DNA from: Devosiaceae bacterium
GTDB lineage: Bacteria; Pseudomonadota; Alphaproteobacteria; Rhizobiales; Devosiaceae
Assembly: GCA_963675235.2 (NCBI GenBank)
Contig: CAXXFU010000017.1
Location: forward strand, 308,888-372,887
Direction: 5' to 3'
DNA: 64,000 bases
Of this stretch, positions 17,980-30,588 are shown piece after piece (position 1 is the first letter of the stretch; the number at the start of each line of letters is the position of its first letter). A program made the translations under genes and the position numbers. The notes under the pieces are model-generated. The model saw only the letters and a program-made list of their open reading frames with translations, searched no databases and was not told the DNA's origin.

Positions 17980-18681
17980 CTAGTTGAAACGATAGCGGAC
18001 TGTCGCGCGCAATTCGTTGATGAAGTTGTTGTTGATGAGATAGGCGTTGGCGATGTTCGGCGGCTGGCTCATGACCTTGTTCATGTAGATGCCGCGCCAT
18101 CCGAGATCGGCCACTGCAGCGCCCATGTCGTAGGTCACGCCGGCCATGAGAGCGCCCGCCGCCTCGACGGACGTACCCCACGGCGGATCGGCGGTGCCGT
18201 CATCGACTTCCGAGTAGTTGTAGGCAGCGCCAACGCCGGCACCGACATAGGCACCGAACCCGCCGGCAGCAGGAGCGCCGCCGCTGAGGTTGAAATCGTA
18301 ATACAGGTTGGCGAGCGCCAGACCGGACCTCAGATTGACCGTTTCGCCGCTGGTCGAGGTCAGATTGGAATTGTGGATGTAGTCGAGCGTTGCGTCGGCG
18401 CGCAGACCCGTGCCCGTTTCATAACCGGCGCCAACCCCGAGCGAATAGCCATAGCCCGGCGCGTTGAAATCGGCGACGCAGTTACAATACTGCCCGTCCT
18501 GTGCGTGCCACAGATTGCCGGCGACCGAACCACGCAGATAGAAGCCGCCGCTCAGGCCGTAGTCGACCGGGGGAAGCGGGGGAACCTCCGGGGGAAAGTA
18601 TTCCGGATAGTCGGCAGCCAGTGCCGGGACAGCCATGAGACCGGCAACGGTCACAATGCCTACTGCTAACAAATTGCGCAT
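17980..18681 (-). CDS. Outer-membrane beta-barrel protein (Omp25/Omp31/RopB-like porin family)
   Basis: ORF 17980..18753, with the start re-chosen at MRNLLAVGIVTVAGLMAVPALA (signal peptide). It shows an alternating beta-strand pattern with Gly/Tyr richness, ends in RYRFN, and has an AT-rich upstream region. Confidence 0.8.
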   Translation of the reverse strand: MRNLLAVGIVTVAGLMAVPALAADYPEYFPPEVPPLPPVDYGLSGGFYLRGSVAGNLWHAQDGQYCNCVADFNAPGYGYSLGVGAGYETGTGLRADATLDYIHNSNLTSTSGETVNLRSGLALANLYYDFNLSGGAPAAGGFGAYVGAGVGAAYNYSEVDDGTADPPWGTSVEAAGALMAGVTYDMGAAVADLGWRGIYMNKVMSQPPNIANAYLINNNFINELRATVRYRFN

Positions 18682-18933
18682 TGTTACTTCCTTTGCATTG
18701 CCACGTTCGGGTGTGGATGCGCGGAAGATTGTCAGAATATTCTTAATGTGCACTTAACCAAAAAACTTAACCCTAACAAAGTCTTACCAAGATTTCTGTT
18801 AGGAGTTTCTTCACCAATTCGGCACGCAAAGATACTGTCTACCAGAGACATGCAAAAAGCGCCGGCGGCGGGAAGCCGCGGCGCTCAATGGCTTATAGTG
18901 AACGTTCTTTCGACCGCCCGGATGCGTTTTGCG

Positions 18934-20277
18934 TCAGGCCGCGTCGCCGATGGCACTGGTGACATCACGGACGACGGCGGCAACCAGAGCTTCGTCGTCG
19001 CCTTCGGCCATGACGCGGATCACCGGCTCGGTGCCGGATTCGCGGATGACCAGGCGTCCCGATTCGCCGAGCCGTGTCTTGCCCTCCGAAATCGCCTGCT
19101 TGACCTGCTTGTTCTCCAGCGGCTTGCCGTTCTTGAACTTCACGCTCTCGAGCAGCTGCGGCACCTTGACGAAGCAGTTCGTCACCTCGGAAACCGGTCG
19201 ATCCTGCTCGCGCACCACCGACAGGATCTGCAGCGCCGCCACAAGGCCGTCGCCGGTTGTGGTGAAGTCGCTGAGGATGATGTGGCCGGACTGCTCGCCG
19301 CCGACATTGAAGCCCTTGGCGCGCATCGCTTCGAGCACGTAGCGATCGCCGACGGCCGTGCGCTCCAGTCCGAGACCGAGGCCGTTGAGATGGCGCTCGA
19401 GTCCGAGATTGCTCATCACCGTCGCCACCAGACCGCCGCCATTGAGACTGCCGCGGGCGTGCCACGACTGGGCGATGACCGCCATCAACTGGTCGCCGTC
19501 GACCACCTCGCCGCGCTCGTCGACGATGATGACGCGGTCGGCGTCGCCATCGAGCGCAATACCGATATCGGCCCTGACCTCACGCACCTTGGCGCGCAGC
19601 GCATCCGGCGCGGTCGAGCCGACCTTGTCATTGATGTTGAAACCGTCCGGGGTGACGCCGATGGTGAAAACCTCGGCACCGAGCTCCCACAGCGCCACTG
19701 GCGCCACCTTGTAGGCCGCGCCGTTGCCGCAGTCGATGACGACGCGAAGCCCGGTGAGATCGACACCCTTGGGCAAGGTGCGCTTGGCGAATTCGATGTA
19801 GCGGGTCTGGGCCGCCTCGTCGCGATGGGCCCGGCCAATGCCGCGTCCGCGCGCCAGAAGGCTCGACATGTCCTTTTCCATCAGGTCTTCGATATCTGCC
19901 TCGACCGCGTCGGAGAGCTTGTAGCCATCTGGACGGAACAGCTTGATGCCATTGTCCTCGAACGGATTGTGCGAGGCCGAAATCATCACGCCGAGATCGG
20001 CGCGCAGTGACCGCGTCAGCATGGCGACGGCTGGTGTCGGCATCGGGCCGAGGAAATAGACGTCCATGCCGACGGCAGTGAACCCGGCCGCCAGCGCGTT
20101 CTCGATCATGTAGCCCGAACGCCGCGTGTCCTTGCCGATGACGACGCGGTTGCGGTGTTCGCCGCGCACGAACTTGAGGCCCGCCGCCATACCGACCTTG
20201 AGCGCCAGTTCCGGCGTCAGCTTGTCGCCGTTCGCAAGGCCTCGAATGCCGTCGGTTCCGAAATATCTGCGCGCCAT
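18934..20277 (-). CDS. glmM: Phosphoglucosamine mutase
   Basis: [13 protein letters not shown] at the N-terminus, active-site [14 protein letters not shown], and GDGDADR. Confidence 0.95.
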   Translation of the reverse strand: MARRYFGTDGIRGLANGDKLTPELALKVGMAAGLKFVRGEHRNRVVIGKDTRRSGYMIENALAAGFTAVGMDVYFLGPMPTPAVAMLTRSLRADLGVMISASHNPFEDNGIKLFRPDGYKLSDAVEADIEDLMEKDMSSLLARGRGIGRAHRDEAAQTRYIEFAKRTLPKGVDLTGLRVVIDCGNGAAYKVAPVALWELGAEVFTIGVTPDGFNINDKVGSTAPDALRAKVREVRADIGIALDGDADRVIIVDERGEVVDGDQLMAVIAQSWHARGSLNGGGLVATVMSNLGLERHLNGLGLGLERTAVGDRYVLEAMRAKGFNVGGEQSGHIILSDFTTTGDGLVAALQILSVVREQDRPVSEVTNCFVKVPQLLESVKFKNGKPLENKQVKQAISEGKTRLGESGRLVIRESGTEPVIRVMAEGDDEALVAAVVRDVTSAIGDAA

Positions 20278-20458
20278 GATGCCTCCCCGGAGATGGCTTG
20301 CTTTGTAGGCGAAATCGCGTGCGTTCGCGACCGTGGCCGTCAGGCTTCGTTAATAACGCTCTATGGCGTTTTTGCGTGCAATTCCACCCCCAACGGCCCA
20401 CCGTGTCGCAAGGGGTGAACTCGCCATGCAACAGCCCGACGACGGGCTCATGCCGCAG

Positions 20459-20944
20459 TCAGCGCGCGTCTTTGGCCATATCCGACGCCGCCTTGCGCCG
20501 GGCCAGGGACTCGGCCGGCCACAGGGTGTTGGTGTCGTAATAGGCCTCGAACCGCGGCACGCCTTCCGGCAGGGCCACCCAGGGCTGTTTCGAGCGCGTA
20601 TAGATATGTACGTCCGGAGTGATTGCCGTCGGGTCGTCGAGCGTGCCGACGCGCACGAACATGGCGTATCCGCGTCGTCCGTAGTCGCTCCACACAGCCG
20701 TCTTGCAGGTCGGGCAGCGATAGATGTCGTGTGGATAGCCGCTGTCGGTGGGCACCGTGATCGCCTCGGGCTGACCCGTCAGGATCTCGATGCGATCGGT
20801 TTCGATGATTGCGTTGAGGGCAAAGGCGGACCCGGTCTGGCGCTGGCAATCGAGGCAGTGGCAGCAATGGGTGAACATCGGCTCCGAGGTCAGGCGAAAT
20901 CTGACCTCGCCGCAGGCGCAACGGCCGGTATGGGTCTGAGACAT
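20459..20944 (-). CDS. GFA (glutathione-dependent formaldehyde-activating/CENP-V) family protein
   Basis: ORF 20459..21034, with the start re-chosen at MSQTHTGRCACGEVRF. Cys motifs: CACG...CCHCLDCQRQTGSAF...CPTC. Confidence 0.85.
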   Translation of the reverse strand: MSQTHTGRCACGEVRFRLTSEPMFTHCCHCLDCQRQTGSAFALNAIIETDRIEILTGQPEAITVPTDSGYPHDIYRCPTCKTAVWSDYGRRGYAMFVRVGTLDDPTAITPDVHIYTRSKQPWVALPEGVPRFEAYYDTNTLWPAESLARRKAASDMAKDAR

Positions 20945-21082
20945 CACAAGTATCCCGAGCGAGTGGCAGAACGAAACGGTGACATGAAAAAGGCCACCCG
21001 AAGGTGGCCTTTCACGTATTGGTTTGTCCAGCAAGTTTGCCCACTTTTGCGAGGGTGCGACTATTGCACTTGCTCAGTGGCC

Positions 21083-21127
21083 GGGTTTCCGAACCGCGAA
21101 ACCGGTTTCCACTTTCGCTGGAAACCC
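21083..21127 (+). repeat. Dispersed ~45-nt intergenic element, copy A
   Basis: GGGTTTCC-GAACCGCGAAACCGGTTTCCACTTTCGCT-GGAAACCC. The core is shared with copies at 45770, 55558 (reverse orientation) and 62944. The outer arms are complementary within each copy. Confidence 0.55.
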
Positions 21128-21132
21128 TCCGG

Positions 21133-23067
<1,935 letters not shown>

Positions 23068-23265
23068 CTATTTTCCCTGAGGATCCGGCTCCTGGTGCCG
23101 GAGGAATTGCGAATGTAGGTCCGCATGTCCACTGTTACAAGACCGCGGCCGGCCCATCGCCCGTGCTGGTTTCCCGTATTCTGCCCGGAATGACGCTGAT
23201 TTGTGTTAAAAGTCAGGCCGAGCGCGAGATATCGGCTCGCCGGACGGCTTTTGTGCCTTTTTGCT

Positions 23266-24276
23266 TCACATCTGGATGACCGAGCCCGGCGCAGCGCCTT
23301 GCATCGCCGGCTGGCTGGCAGTGCGATCTCCGGTCCGGGAGGCGACGGCGTAGCAGAACCAGGCAAGCAGCGCCCCCACCGGCAGGTCGATGAGATAGTG
23401 CCAGCGGCTCGCCACCGAGGTCACGACGATGAAGGCAAAGGCGAACAGGAAGACCGGCACCAGCACCCTGGCCTCGCGCCAGGCGAACAGCAGGAACAGG
23501 AAGGCACCCGCGACATGCAGCGAGGGCATGGCGGCGAGGCCGGCGGTGAACCATTGCGGCCCGTTCTGGACCAGGAACGCCGGTCCCTCGGCGACGCTGG
23601 CTCGGTAGAACTCCAGCATGCCCGCCTGCCCTTCGGTAATGATGGGATTGACGCCGTCCTGATAGATGAACGGCCCGATGGCCGGCGCGACGAGATAGGC
23701 GAGCGAGCCGAGCACCTGCAACAGGATGACGGCGAGGGTCAGCCTGCCGAAGCTTCCGGGCGAATTCACCGCGAACCATGCGAAACTGACATAGAACAGC
23801 AGCATGAAGCCGAGCATGTAGAAATTGGCCTCGAAGGGAATGAAGCCGAAGACCTGCACACGGGTGAAGTCGCAGAAATCGACCAGCACCTGCAAATGGC
23901 GGTCGATCGACATGTAGACGGAATCGAACAGCTGGGGATTAAGATGGGGAATCCACAGCTTGAAATTGAAATGGGCAAACAGCACCAGCGCGTAGCTCGG
24001 CATGGCGACAAGGAAGCGTATGGCGACGCGCGTGTTGCCGACAAACAGCGTCAGTATGCCCAGAAGTCCGACACCGATCAGCGGATAGATGAAATGCACG
24101 CCGACAAAAGCGGCGCGGTCGCTGTTGGGCAGGATGATCGGCAGCCGGAAAACGAACGCAACCGCCAGCATCAGCAGGAGGTAGGCAACGGCGATATGGA
24201 CTTCCGGCGGCATGCGTAGCCGCGCAATGGTCACCAGGTTCTCCACTGTTGCTTCCGACAGGTGCGAGACGGGCAT
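23266..24276 (-). CDS. PAP2-superfamily integral membrane protein (PAP2_3 / inositol-phosphorylceramide-synthase-like)
   Basis: 336 aa and polytopic. MPSLHVAGAF and SRWHYLIDL match the PSxH and SR..H...D phosphatase motifs of this PAP2 branch. Family assignment is from memory. Confidence 0.65.
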   Translation of the reverse strand: MPVSHLSEATVENLVTIARLRMPPEVHIAVAYLLLMLAVAFVFRLPIILPNSDRAAFVGVHFIYPLIGVGLLGILTLFVGNTRVAIRFLVAMPSYALVLFAHFNFKLWIPHLNPQLFDSVYMSIDRHLQVLVDFCDFTRVQVFGFIPFEANFYMLGFMLLFYVSFAWFAVNSPGSFGRLTLAVILLQVLGSLAYLVAPAIGPFIYQDGVNPIITEGQAGMLEFYRASVAEGPAFLVQNGPQWFTAGLAAMPSLHVAGAFLFLLFAWREARVLVPVFLFAFAFIVVTSVASRWHYLIDLPVGALLAWFCYAVASRTGDRTASQPAMQGAAPGSVIQM

Positions 24277-24421
24277 TGCCGCAGCGGGACGATGTTCCCA
24301 TGGACGAAATTAAGGAAACCTGTATGGCGGCGCCTGCCGGCGGGTTGCCGGCACCCGAATTGGCCCGATGGTAAACAGGGACGGAACACTGCCGCTCAGA
24401 AGGGTATTGTCCCTTGCGGGA

Positions 24422-25702
24422 TCAGTCGATTTGCGTCTGGCGCGGATGCGTGGTGGCGATCTCGACACCGGGACTGTTGGCGATCGTGCCAACAGCGACC
24501 AGGGCGCCCGCGTCATCGCGAACGACGGGCGTGGCGGCGAGCACGGCCATCGTTGCGGCAACCGGCTGGCCACAGAACGCCTCGGTCATTTCGCGGGTCA
24601 GCCCGGCGCCGTCGGAAACGGTGAACGGGCCGGCGCCCGGCGCGGCAGAGATCTCGAAGCGATTGTCCCACACCATGCGCTTGCCCGGCGCCAGCCGGCT
24701 TTCGCCAACACTCAGCCGTCCGGCTTCGCGGTGAATGCCGACGCGGCCGCGCGCACGAGTGATGACGGCACCGCACAGCGTTGTGGCAAACCCGTCCATG
24801 GCCTTGCCGAGCTCGGCGTGAACCGTCTCGATCTGGCCGAGCCGCCCATGCGGCAGCCCGCCGCCGGCCCAATCGATCATCCGGCTGAGAACGCGGATGC
24901 CGATTTCCTCGGACAGGGCGAACAAGCGTCCGGCATCGATCTGCAGCAGGCCGAAGGGATCGACATCGACATGGCTGGCATAGGCGGCAACACTCGCCGC
25001 CTCGAGCGCTTCATCGGCCCGCGCCATGCGCGTGGCGAAGCGGCCAAGCTCGGCAGCGTCCAGCCCTTCGCGCGCCAGTGTCGGCAGCAAGTGCCGCCAG
25101 CGCACGCGTTCGTAGTGGGTGTCGTCATTGCTCGGATCGGTGGCCGGGGTCAGGCCGGTGGTTTCGAGCACTGCGCGCAGATCTTCCGGGTCGGTGTCGC
25201 GCAACGGCCGGCACACGGGCACGCCTTCGGCCACGCCGAACAGAGCCATGCCGGCAAGTCCGGAAATGCCGCTACCGTGGGCGAGCCGCATCAGCACCGT
25301 CTCGGCCTGGTCGTCGCGGTGGTGGGCAGTAACGAGGATTTCGGCGCCATCGGCCCGCATGGCCTCGCCGATGAGGCGATAGCGCGCCTTGCGCGCCGCC
25401 GCCTGCACGCCGGTCTTCGGCTTGTCGCCGGTCCAGCGCAGGACGCGGCAATCGAGCCCGCGTCGGGCGGCCTCCCGCGCGACCATGTCGGCCTCTGCCG
25501 GCGCTTCGGGCCGGAGGCCATGATCAACGCTATAAGCGATCAGCCTTTTGTTGCCGGCCTTTGCCCAGTCGGTCAGCAGCACCATCAGCGCCAGGCTGTC
25601 GGGACCGCCTGAGACGGCAATGCCGATGCGGGAATAAGCAAGGAGCGGCGCGAAGAGCGCCGCCCCATCAAGCGCACGCCGTGCTGGCGAGCGGGTCAGC
25701 AC
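24422..25702 (-). CDS. tilS: tRNA(Ile)-lysidine synthetase
   Basis: PP-loop motif IAVSGGPDSLAL, 426 aa, in the conserved position between cpoB and ftsH. Confidence 0.9.
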   Translation of the reverse strand: MLTRSPARRALDGAALFAPLLAYSRIGIAVSGGPDSLALMVLLTDWAKAGNKRLIAYSVDHGLRPEAPAEADMVAREAARRGLDCRVLRWTGDKPKTGVQAAARKARYRLIGEAMRADGAEILVTAHHRDDQAETVLMRLAHGSGISGLAGMALFGVAEGVPVCRPLRDTDPEDLRAVLETTGLTPATDPSNDDTHYERVRWRHLLPTLAREGLDAAELGRFATRMARADEALEAASVAAYASHVDVDPFGLLQIDAGRLFALSEEIGIRVLSRMIDWAGGGLPHGRLGQIETVHAELGKAMDGFATTLCGAVITRARGRVGIHREAGRLSVGESRLAPGKRMVWDNRFEISAAPGAGPFTVSDGAGLTREMTEAFCGQPVAATMAVLAATPVVRDDAGALVAVGTIANSPGVEIATTHPRQTQID

Positions 25703-26748
25703 CCGGCGTTTCTCTGTTCCTGGCTCAGGCGCTGCCTGAAGGCCGGCGAGACGTCGGGATAGCGCGCCAGCACCTCGTTGAAGGTGCGACAGGCGGTGTC
25801 GTTCTCGCCGGTGCCGTTGAGGGCGATGCCGAGCTTCATCAGCATGTCCGGCGCCCGCGCCGCGTTGGGATAGGTCTGGAAGCCGGTCAGAAGGATATTG
25901 GCCGCTTCCTCGTAGTCGCCGCGCTGGATCAGCGCCTCACCGAGCCAGTTGGTGGCATCCGGCGCCTGCGGATGATCGGGGAACAGGGCGATGAACTGGC
26001 GGAACTGGTCCTCGGCAAAACCGTAATCGCCCTTGATCACCGCTTCGTAGCCGGCCCCGTACTGGGCGTCGGCATCGGCATCTGTCAGCCGGGTCGCATC
26101 CGAACCAAGACTGATTTCCGGACCGGAATCGGCGGGCAGGTTGTCAAGACTGAGCGTGCCGAGCGGCCGCTCCGGCGCACCGAGCTCGATCGGCGCACCG
26201 AGATCGATCGGCTGATCATTGGGATCGGTTCCGAAAGTGTCGGTGCCGGCGGGAGCACTCAGATCCAGCGACTGCGGCGCCTCCAGGGTAGGCGTCACGC
26301 CCCCGGATTGAGACGCCGCACTAGTTTTTCCCGGCGAAACCCCGCCCTCCACGGCGGAGAAACGGGCATCGGTATCCTGCTGCATGCGTTCGAGCAGGGT
26401 CTGCAGCTGTGTCAACTGGAACTGCAAGCCTTCGACCTGGCCATTGAGCGTGCGCATCTGCTCTTCGAGCTGGTCGAGCCTGACGGCGAGCGCTGCCGGA
26501 TCACGCGAGGACTGCGCCACAAGCATAGGCGCGCTGTCGAGCACCAGACCTTCGTTGACCGGAACGGCCTTGGGCGGCAGGAAGGCGGACAGCTGCGACG
26601 ACAGGCCGTGGAGCTCATCGCCCAGCACGTCTGCCCCGGTTTCGAGCTGGGTCAGCCGGTCGATGGCGGTACCGGCCTCGCTGGCGGAAGCGGCGATAGG
26701 CGCGACAAGCATGGCGCCAAGCGCAAGCGCCCCGATGAGCGTCCGCAT
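25696..26748 (-). CDS. cpoB: Tol-Pal system protein CpoB/YbgF
   Basis: ORF 25696..26790, with the start re-chosen at the ATG at 26748 (signal peptide MRTLIGALALGAMLVAPIAASA). It has an N-terminal coiled coil and C-terminal TPR repeats, and lies downstream of pal. Confidence 0.85.
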   Translation of the reverse strand: MRTLIGALALGAMLVAPIAASASEAGTAIDRLTQLETGADVLGDELHGLSSQLSAFLPPKAVPVNEGLVLDSAPMLVAQSSRDPAALAVRLDQLEEQMRTLNGQVEGLQFQLTQLQTLLERMQQDTDARFSAVEGGVSPGKTSAASQSGGVTPTLEAPQSLDLSAPAGTDTFGTDPNDQPIDLGAPIELGAPERPLGTLSLDNLPADSGPEISLGSDATRLTDADADAQYGAGYEAVIKGDYGFAEDQFRQFIALFPDHPQAPDATNWLGEALIQRGDYEEAANILLTGFQTYPNAARAPDMLMKLGIALNGTGENDTACRTFNEVLARYPDVSPAFRQRLSQEQRNAGC

Positions 26749-27028
26749 GCGGACGCGAGCCTTGTCCGTGGTCTCAAGATAGTCGTGCACACCGAGCCTC
26801 CTTGTTGCCGAGCCGGTCCGATTGATTTTCGTCGAGGCTCTTATAACGGAATTTTGGCCAAATAAATGCGGTTGCGCCCGGACCTACCGGCCCGGACGCG
26901 TCTTTTGCAGGAATGAGCGGATGTGGCGACGTCAGCCGCACAAAAAACTGCGCCGGGTGCGGTACGCAGCACCCGGCGCGGCCTCCAGTCTCGAAAACTA
27001 ACGCAATACTGGAGAAATCGTTCTGGCG

Positions 27029-27508
27029 TTACTGAACGACAGTGACGGCCCTGCGGTTCTGCGACCAGCAGGAAATGTCGTTGCACACGGCAACCGGCCG
27101 TTCCTTGCCGTAGCTCTTGGAGGTGATGCGCGCCGCGCTCACACCCCGCGATTGCAGGTAGTTGACGACGGCGGCGGCGCGGCGGGCGCCGAGCGCGATG
27201 TTGTATTCGCGCGTGCCGCGTTCGTCGGCGTGCCCCTCGATGAGGACGCGATATTGCGGATAGCGGTTGAGCCAGACGGCCTGCTTGTCGAGCGTGGCCT
27301 GGCCTTCGGCGGTGATCACCGAGGAATCCGTGTTGAAGAAGACGCGGTCGCCGACGGTGACCAGGAATTCCTGCTGGCTGCCGGGCGTGGCCGCACCATT
27401 GGCGTCGACGCCGGTGCCGGGCGTACGGGCGCAGGCCGCGACGGCAACGACGAATGCCACGAGCGCGAAGGCGCGCAAACCGGTGAGAAGCGGCGTCATG
27501 AAACGCAT
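27029..27508 (-). CDS. pal: Peptidoglycan-associated lipoprotein Pal
   Basis: Start re-chosen at the ATG at 27508 after GGAG. Lipobox VAVAAC. OmpA-like C-terminus: YPQYRVLIEGHADERGTREYNIALGARRA. Confidence 0.9.
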   Translation of the reverse strand: MRFMTPLLTGLRAFALVAFVVAVAACARTPGTGVDANGAATPGSQQEFLVTVGDRVFFNTDSSVITAEGQATLDKQAVWLNRYPQYRVLIEGHADERGTREYNIALGARRAAAVVNYLQSRGVSAARITSKSYGKERPVAVCNDISCWSQNRRAVTVVQ

Positions 27509-27780
27509 GTAAGGCTCCAATTGAAGAGAGTTAGCTCTGCCCTGTTTACCGCTCGTTATCTTAAAGCGGCGTTCCCGAACACGCTTAATCGCGGGTTAAT
27601 CCGGCGGAAATGGGGCGGCTTGTGTGATCGTGTGCGCGCCTTGAACGTTAGAGCACGCCCGGGAACCGGTGCTGACGACGTCCGGGCGCATCGCACGCCG
27701 CCGCTGATCTCCTGGACCATTGCCTGGACCGATCTCCGGAACAGGCACATGCGCCGGGCAAGGGTTCCAGATGCCAGCCC

Positions 27781-29091
27781 TCAGCCCAGCAGCGGCGACC
27801 AGGTCGGATCGGAGGCATAGGTCTCGGTCGGGATGACCTGATCGTTGCGCCCGAAGACATCGACCGAATAGAGGCGCGCGCCGTCATTGCCGCCCGGATC
27901 GGAGAAATACATCAGCACCAGCCCGTTCGGCGACCAGGTCGGACCCTCGGCATGATATTTGGACACAAGGATGCGCTCGCCCGAGCCGTCCGGCTTCATG
28001 ATGCCGACATGGAACTGGCCTTCGGACTTCTTGGTGAAGGCAATGTAATTGCCCTTGGGTGACCAGACCGGGGTGGCATAGGTGCCCTTGCCGTAGGAGA
28101 TGCGCTGCGCACCGCCGCCATTGGCGCCCATGATGTAGATCTGCTGGGAACCGCCACGATCGGATTCGAAAACGATCTGGCTGCCATCGGGCGAGTAGGA
28201 CGGGCCGGTGTCGATGGCCGCGCCACTGGTCAGCTGCGCCGGCGTGCCGCCCGAAACCGGCAGGGCATAGATATTGGTGTCGCCGGACTGCTCGACCGAG
28301 AAGGCCAGGGTCTGTCCATCGGGGGAGAAGCGCGGGGCAAAGGTCATCTGCCCGAACGAGCCGATGGTCTGCTGCCGGCCCGAGGCCATGTCGAGCAGAT
28401 AGACCTGCGGATTGCCGCTTTCGTAGTTCATGTAGGCGAGCAATTGCCGGTTGGGCGAAAAGCGCGGCGTCAGTGCCAGCGCCCTTCCGTTGGTAATGTA
28501 CTGGGTGTTGGCCCCGTCCTGGTCCATCACCGCCAGCCGCTTGGTGCGGTTGGCCTTGGGACCGGATTCGGCGACATAGACGACACGGGTGTCGAAATAG
28601 CCGCCCTCGCCCGTCAGCGCCTTGTAGATCGCGTCAGAGACGATATGGGCGATGCGCCGCCACGAGGCCGGATCGGTGGCATAGGCCTCTCCGACGACCT
28701 GGGCGGCGGCCTGGGTGTCCCAGACGCGCACCGAGGACTGGATCTGGCCACCGCGCTCGACCTGGCCCATGACCAGGGCATCGGCGCCGGTCGCCCGCCA
28801 CGAGGGGAAATCTGGACTGGCGGCAACATTGCCGGTCTGCTGCGGCAGGCTCGTCGGCTCGATCACCTGGAACAGGCCCGAGCGCCTGAGATTGGCGCGA
28901 ACGATATCGGCGACCTGGCGGCCGAAGGTGGGATCGGACGAACCGAAATCGGGAATGGCGATCGGCAGCGGGATGAAATCGCCCGCCGTCACCGTAATCT
29001 TGACCAGCGCCGCCGCCGGCGAGGCCATCAGCGGCAGTGCCACGCCGGCAAGGCCGGTCTTCAATATTTGTCTGCGCGTGAAAAGGGTCAT
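27781..29091 (-). CDS. tolB: Tol-Pal system beta-propeller protein TolB
   Basis: Start re-chosen at the ATG at 29091 after GAGGGA. Repeated PxFSPDG propeller motifs (RFSPNRQ, RFSPDGQ, SYSPDGS, VWSPKGN, TWSPNG). Confidence 0.95.
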   Translation of the reverse strand: MTLFTRRQILKTGLAGVALPLMASPAAALVKITVTAGDFIPLPIAIPDFGSSDPTFGRQVADIVRANLRRSGLFQVIEPTSLPQQTGNVAASPDFPSWRATGADALVMGQVERGGQIQSSVRVWDTQAAAQVVGEAYATDPASWRRIAHIVSDAIYKALTGEGGYFDTRVVYVAESGPKANRTKRLAVMDQDGANTQYITNGRALALTPRFSPNRQLLAYMNYESGNPQVYLLDMASGRQQTIGSFGQMTFAPRFSPDGQTLAFSVEQSGDTNIYALPVSGGTPAQLTSGAAIDTGPSYSPDGSQIVFESDRGGSQQIYIMGANGGGAQRISYGKGTYATPVWSPKGNYIAFTKKSEGQFHVGIMKPDGSGERILVSKYHAEGPTWSPNGLVLMYFSDPGGNDGARLYSVDVFGRNDQVIPTETYASDPTWSPLLG

Positions 29092-29189
29092 CGTCTGGTC
29101 CCTCAAATCTTTCCTAGAGCACTACACTCAGTTGTGGCTGGCGGCCAAGCCGTGTGACCTTGGTAGCGGGTTTCACCTGATGCCGCCCC

Positions 29190-30137
29190 CTAGTTCGCCT
29201 GGCTGGCATCGAGCGTCACGTCGATCTGCTGCCAGTGGTTGTATTTGTCGTCGGGCAGGTCGAACGGCCCGCACTGCTGGACCTTGCGCGCCGCCGTGCG
29301 GGCAGCAAGGCCGAGCAGCGGCGAGGCCGAAACGTCGGTCAGGATCTCGGGCATGCCGCTGACGGTGCCGTCCGGGTTCATCGCCACCATCAGGCGGATG
29401 ATGACGCCGTCATTGCGCTCGGACAGCGTCGGGTTCCAGCAGCGCTGCATCTGGGCGATCAGCGCGCCAAGCTCGGACTGGGTCAGGCGCTGCGCCTGCC
29501 CGGTCGGCCGACCTGCCGCGGCCTGACCGCCCGCCCCGGTGGTCGAACCGCGCGATTCCTCGGTGTTGATGATATTGGCCACCTGGTCGGCGGGCTTGGT
29601 TTCCGTTGGCTGCTCCACCTTGGGCGGGGTCGGTTTCGCCTGGGCCTGCTGACGCTGCACCGAAGCGGTGCGCATGGCCGGCACCGGAGCCGGCGCTTCT
29701 TCAGGCGGCTCAGCCTCGGGTTCAGGTGTGGCGGCTAGTTCGGGAGCCTGCTCGGCGGGCGGTTCCGGCTCGGGTTCCGGTTCTGGCTCCGGCTCGGGTT
29801 CAGGCACCGGTACCGGCTCGGGCGCAGTCTGTACGGTTGGCGCCGGGCTCGGTGTCGCCGTTTCCTCGGGCGTCGGTTGGTCCGTTTCCGTGGCGCCTGG
29901 ACGTTCGGCGGGATCGTCGGGCGTCGGCGAGTCGACGGCGGCAGGCTTCGGGGTCTCGATCACGCTCGAATTCTCGGAGCCGAGCCGGATCGAGGCCACC
30001 TCCTCGATCGGCACGAGTTCGACCGAAATCGCCTCGACCGGGGTCGGCTGCAATTCCTGGGCATTGTGCAGGCCGACGACGCCGAGCGTGATCAGCACAG
30101 CGTGGGCAACAAAGGACGTGGCCAGGCCAACCCGCAT
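29190..30137 (-). CDS. tolA: TolA-like cell-envelope integrity protein
   Basis: N-terminal TM helix, a long Pro/Glu/Ala-rich linker that includes (PE)n, and a C-terminal TonB/TolA-like domain. It sits between tolR and tolB. Confidence 0.8.
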   Translation of the reverse strand: MRVGLATSFVAHAVLITLGVVGLHNAQELQPTPVEAISVELVPIEEVASIRLGSENSSVIETPKPAAVDSPTPDDPAERPGATETDQPTPEETATPSPAPTVQTAPEPVPVPEPEPEPEPEPEPEPPAEQAPELAATPEPEAEPPEEAPAPVPAMRTASVQRQQAQAKPTPPKVEQPTETKPADQVANIINTEESRGSTTGAGGQAAAGRPTGQAQRLTQSELGALIAQMQRCWNPTLSERNDGVIIRLMVAMNPDGTVSGMPEILTDVSASPLLGLAARTAARKVQQCGPFDLPDDKYNHWQQIDVTLDASQAN

Positions 30138-30141
30138 CGCC

Positions 30142-30588
30142 TCATTGTCCCTGCACCGGCTCGGTGATCAGGCCGATATGGGAATAGCCGGCACCCGACA
30201 AAACGCCCATGACCTGCATAACCGTGCCGTAGTCGGCGCTCTGATCGCCGCGCACATAGATGCGTTGCTCGGTGTTGCCGGTGGTCTCAGCCGCGACGGC
30301 ATCGATCAGGGACTCGAGCGGGATTCTCTGGTCGCCGAGAAACACCTCGCCCGCCGGGCTCACCGAGACGGTGACCGGTTTCTGCTCGGTGTTGAGCGAC
30401 TTGGCCTGGGTCTGAGGAAGATCGATCGGCACGCCGACCGTCAGCAGCGGCGCCGCGACCATGAAAACGATCAGCAGCACCAGCATGACGTCGACAAGCG
30501 GGGTGACGTTGATCTCGGCCATGGGCTGGGCGCGTCCGCGCCGCCCGCGCCGTCCCTTGCGCTGCGGTTTGGCGATCGAGGCGGCCAT
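30142..30588 (-). CDS. tolR: Tol-Pal system protein TolR (ExbD/TolR family)
   Basis: MAEINVTPLVDVMLVLLIVFMV motif. The start overlaps the tolQ stop (TAATG). Confidence 0.9.
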   Translation of the reverse strand: MAASIAKPQRKGRRGRRGRAQPMAEINVTPLVDVMLVLLIVFMVAAPLLTVGVPIDLPQTQAKSLNTEQKPVTVSVSPAGEVFLGDQRIPLESLIDAVAAETTGNTEQRIYVRGDQSADYGTVMQVMGVLSGAGYSHIGLITEPVQGQ

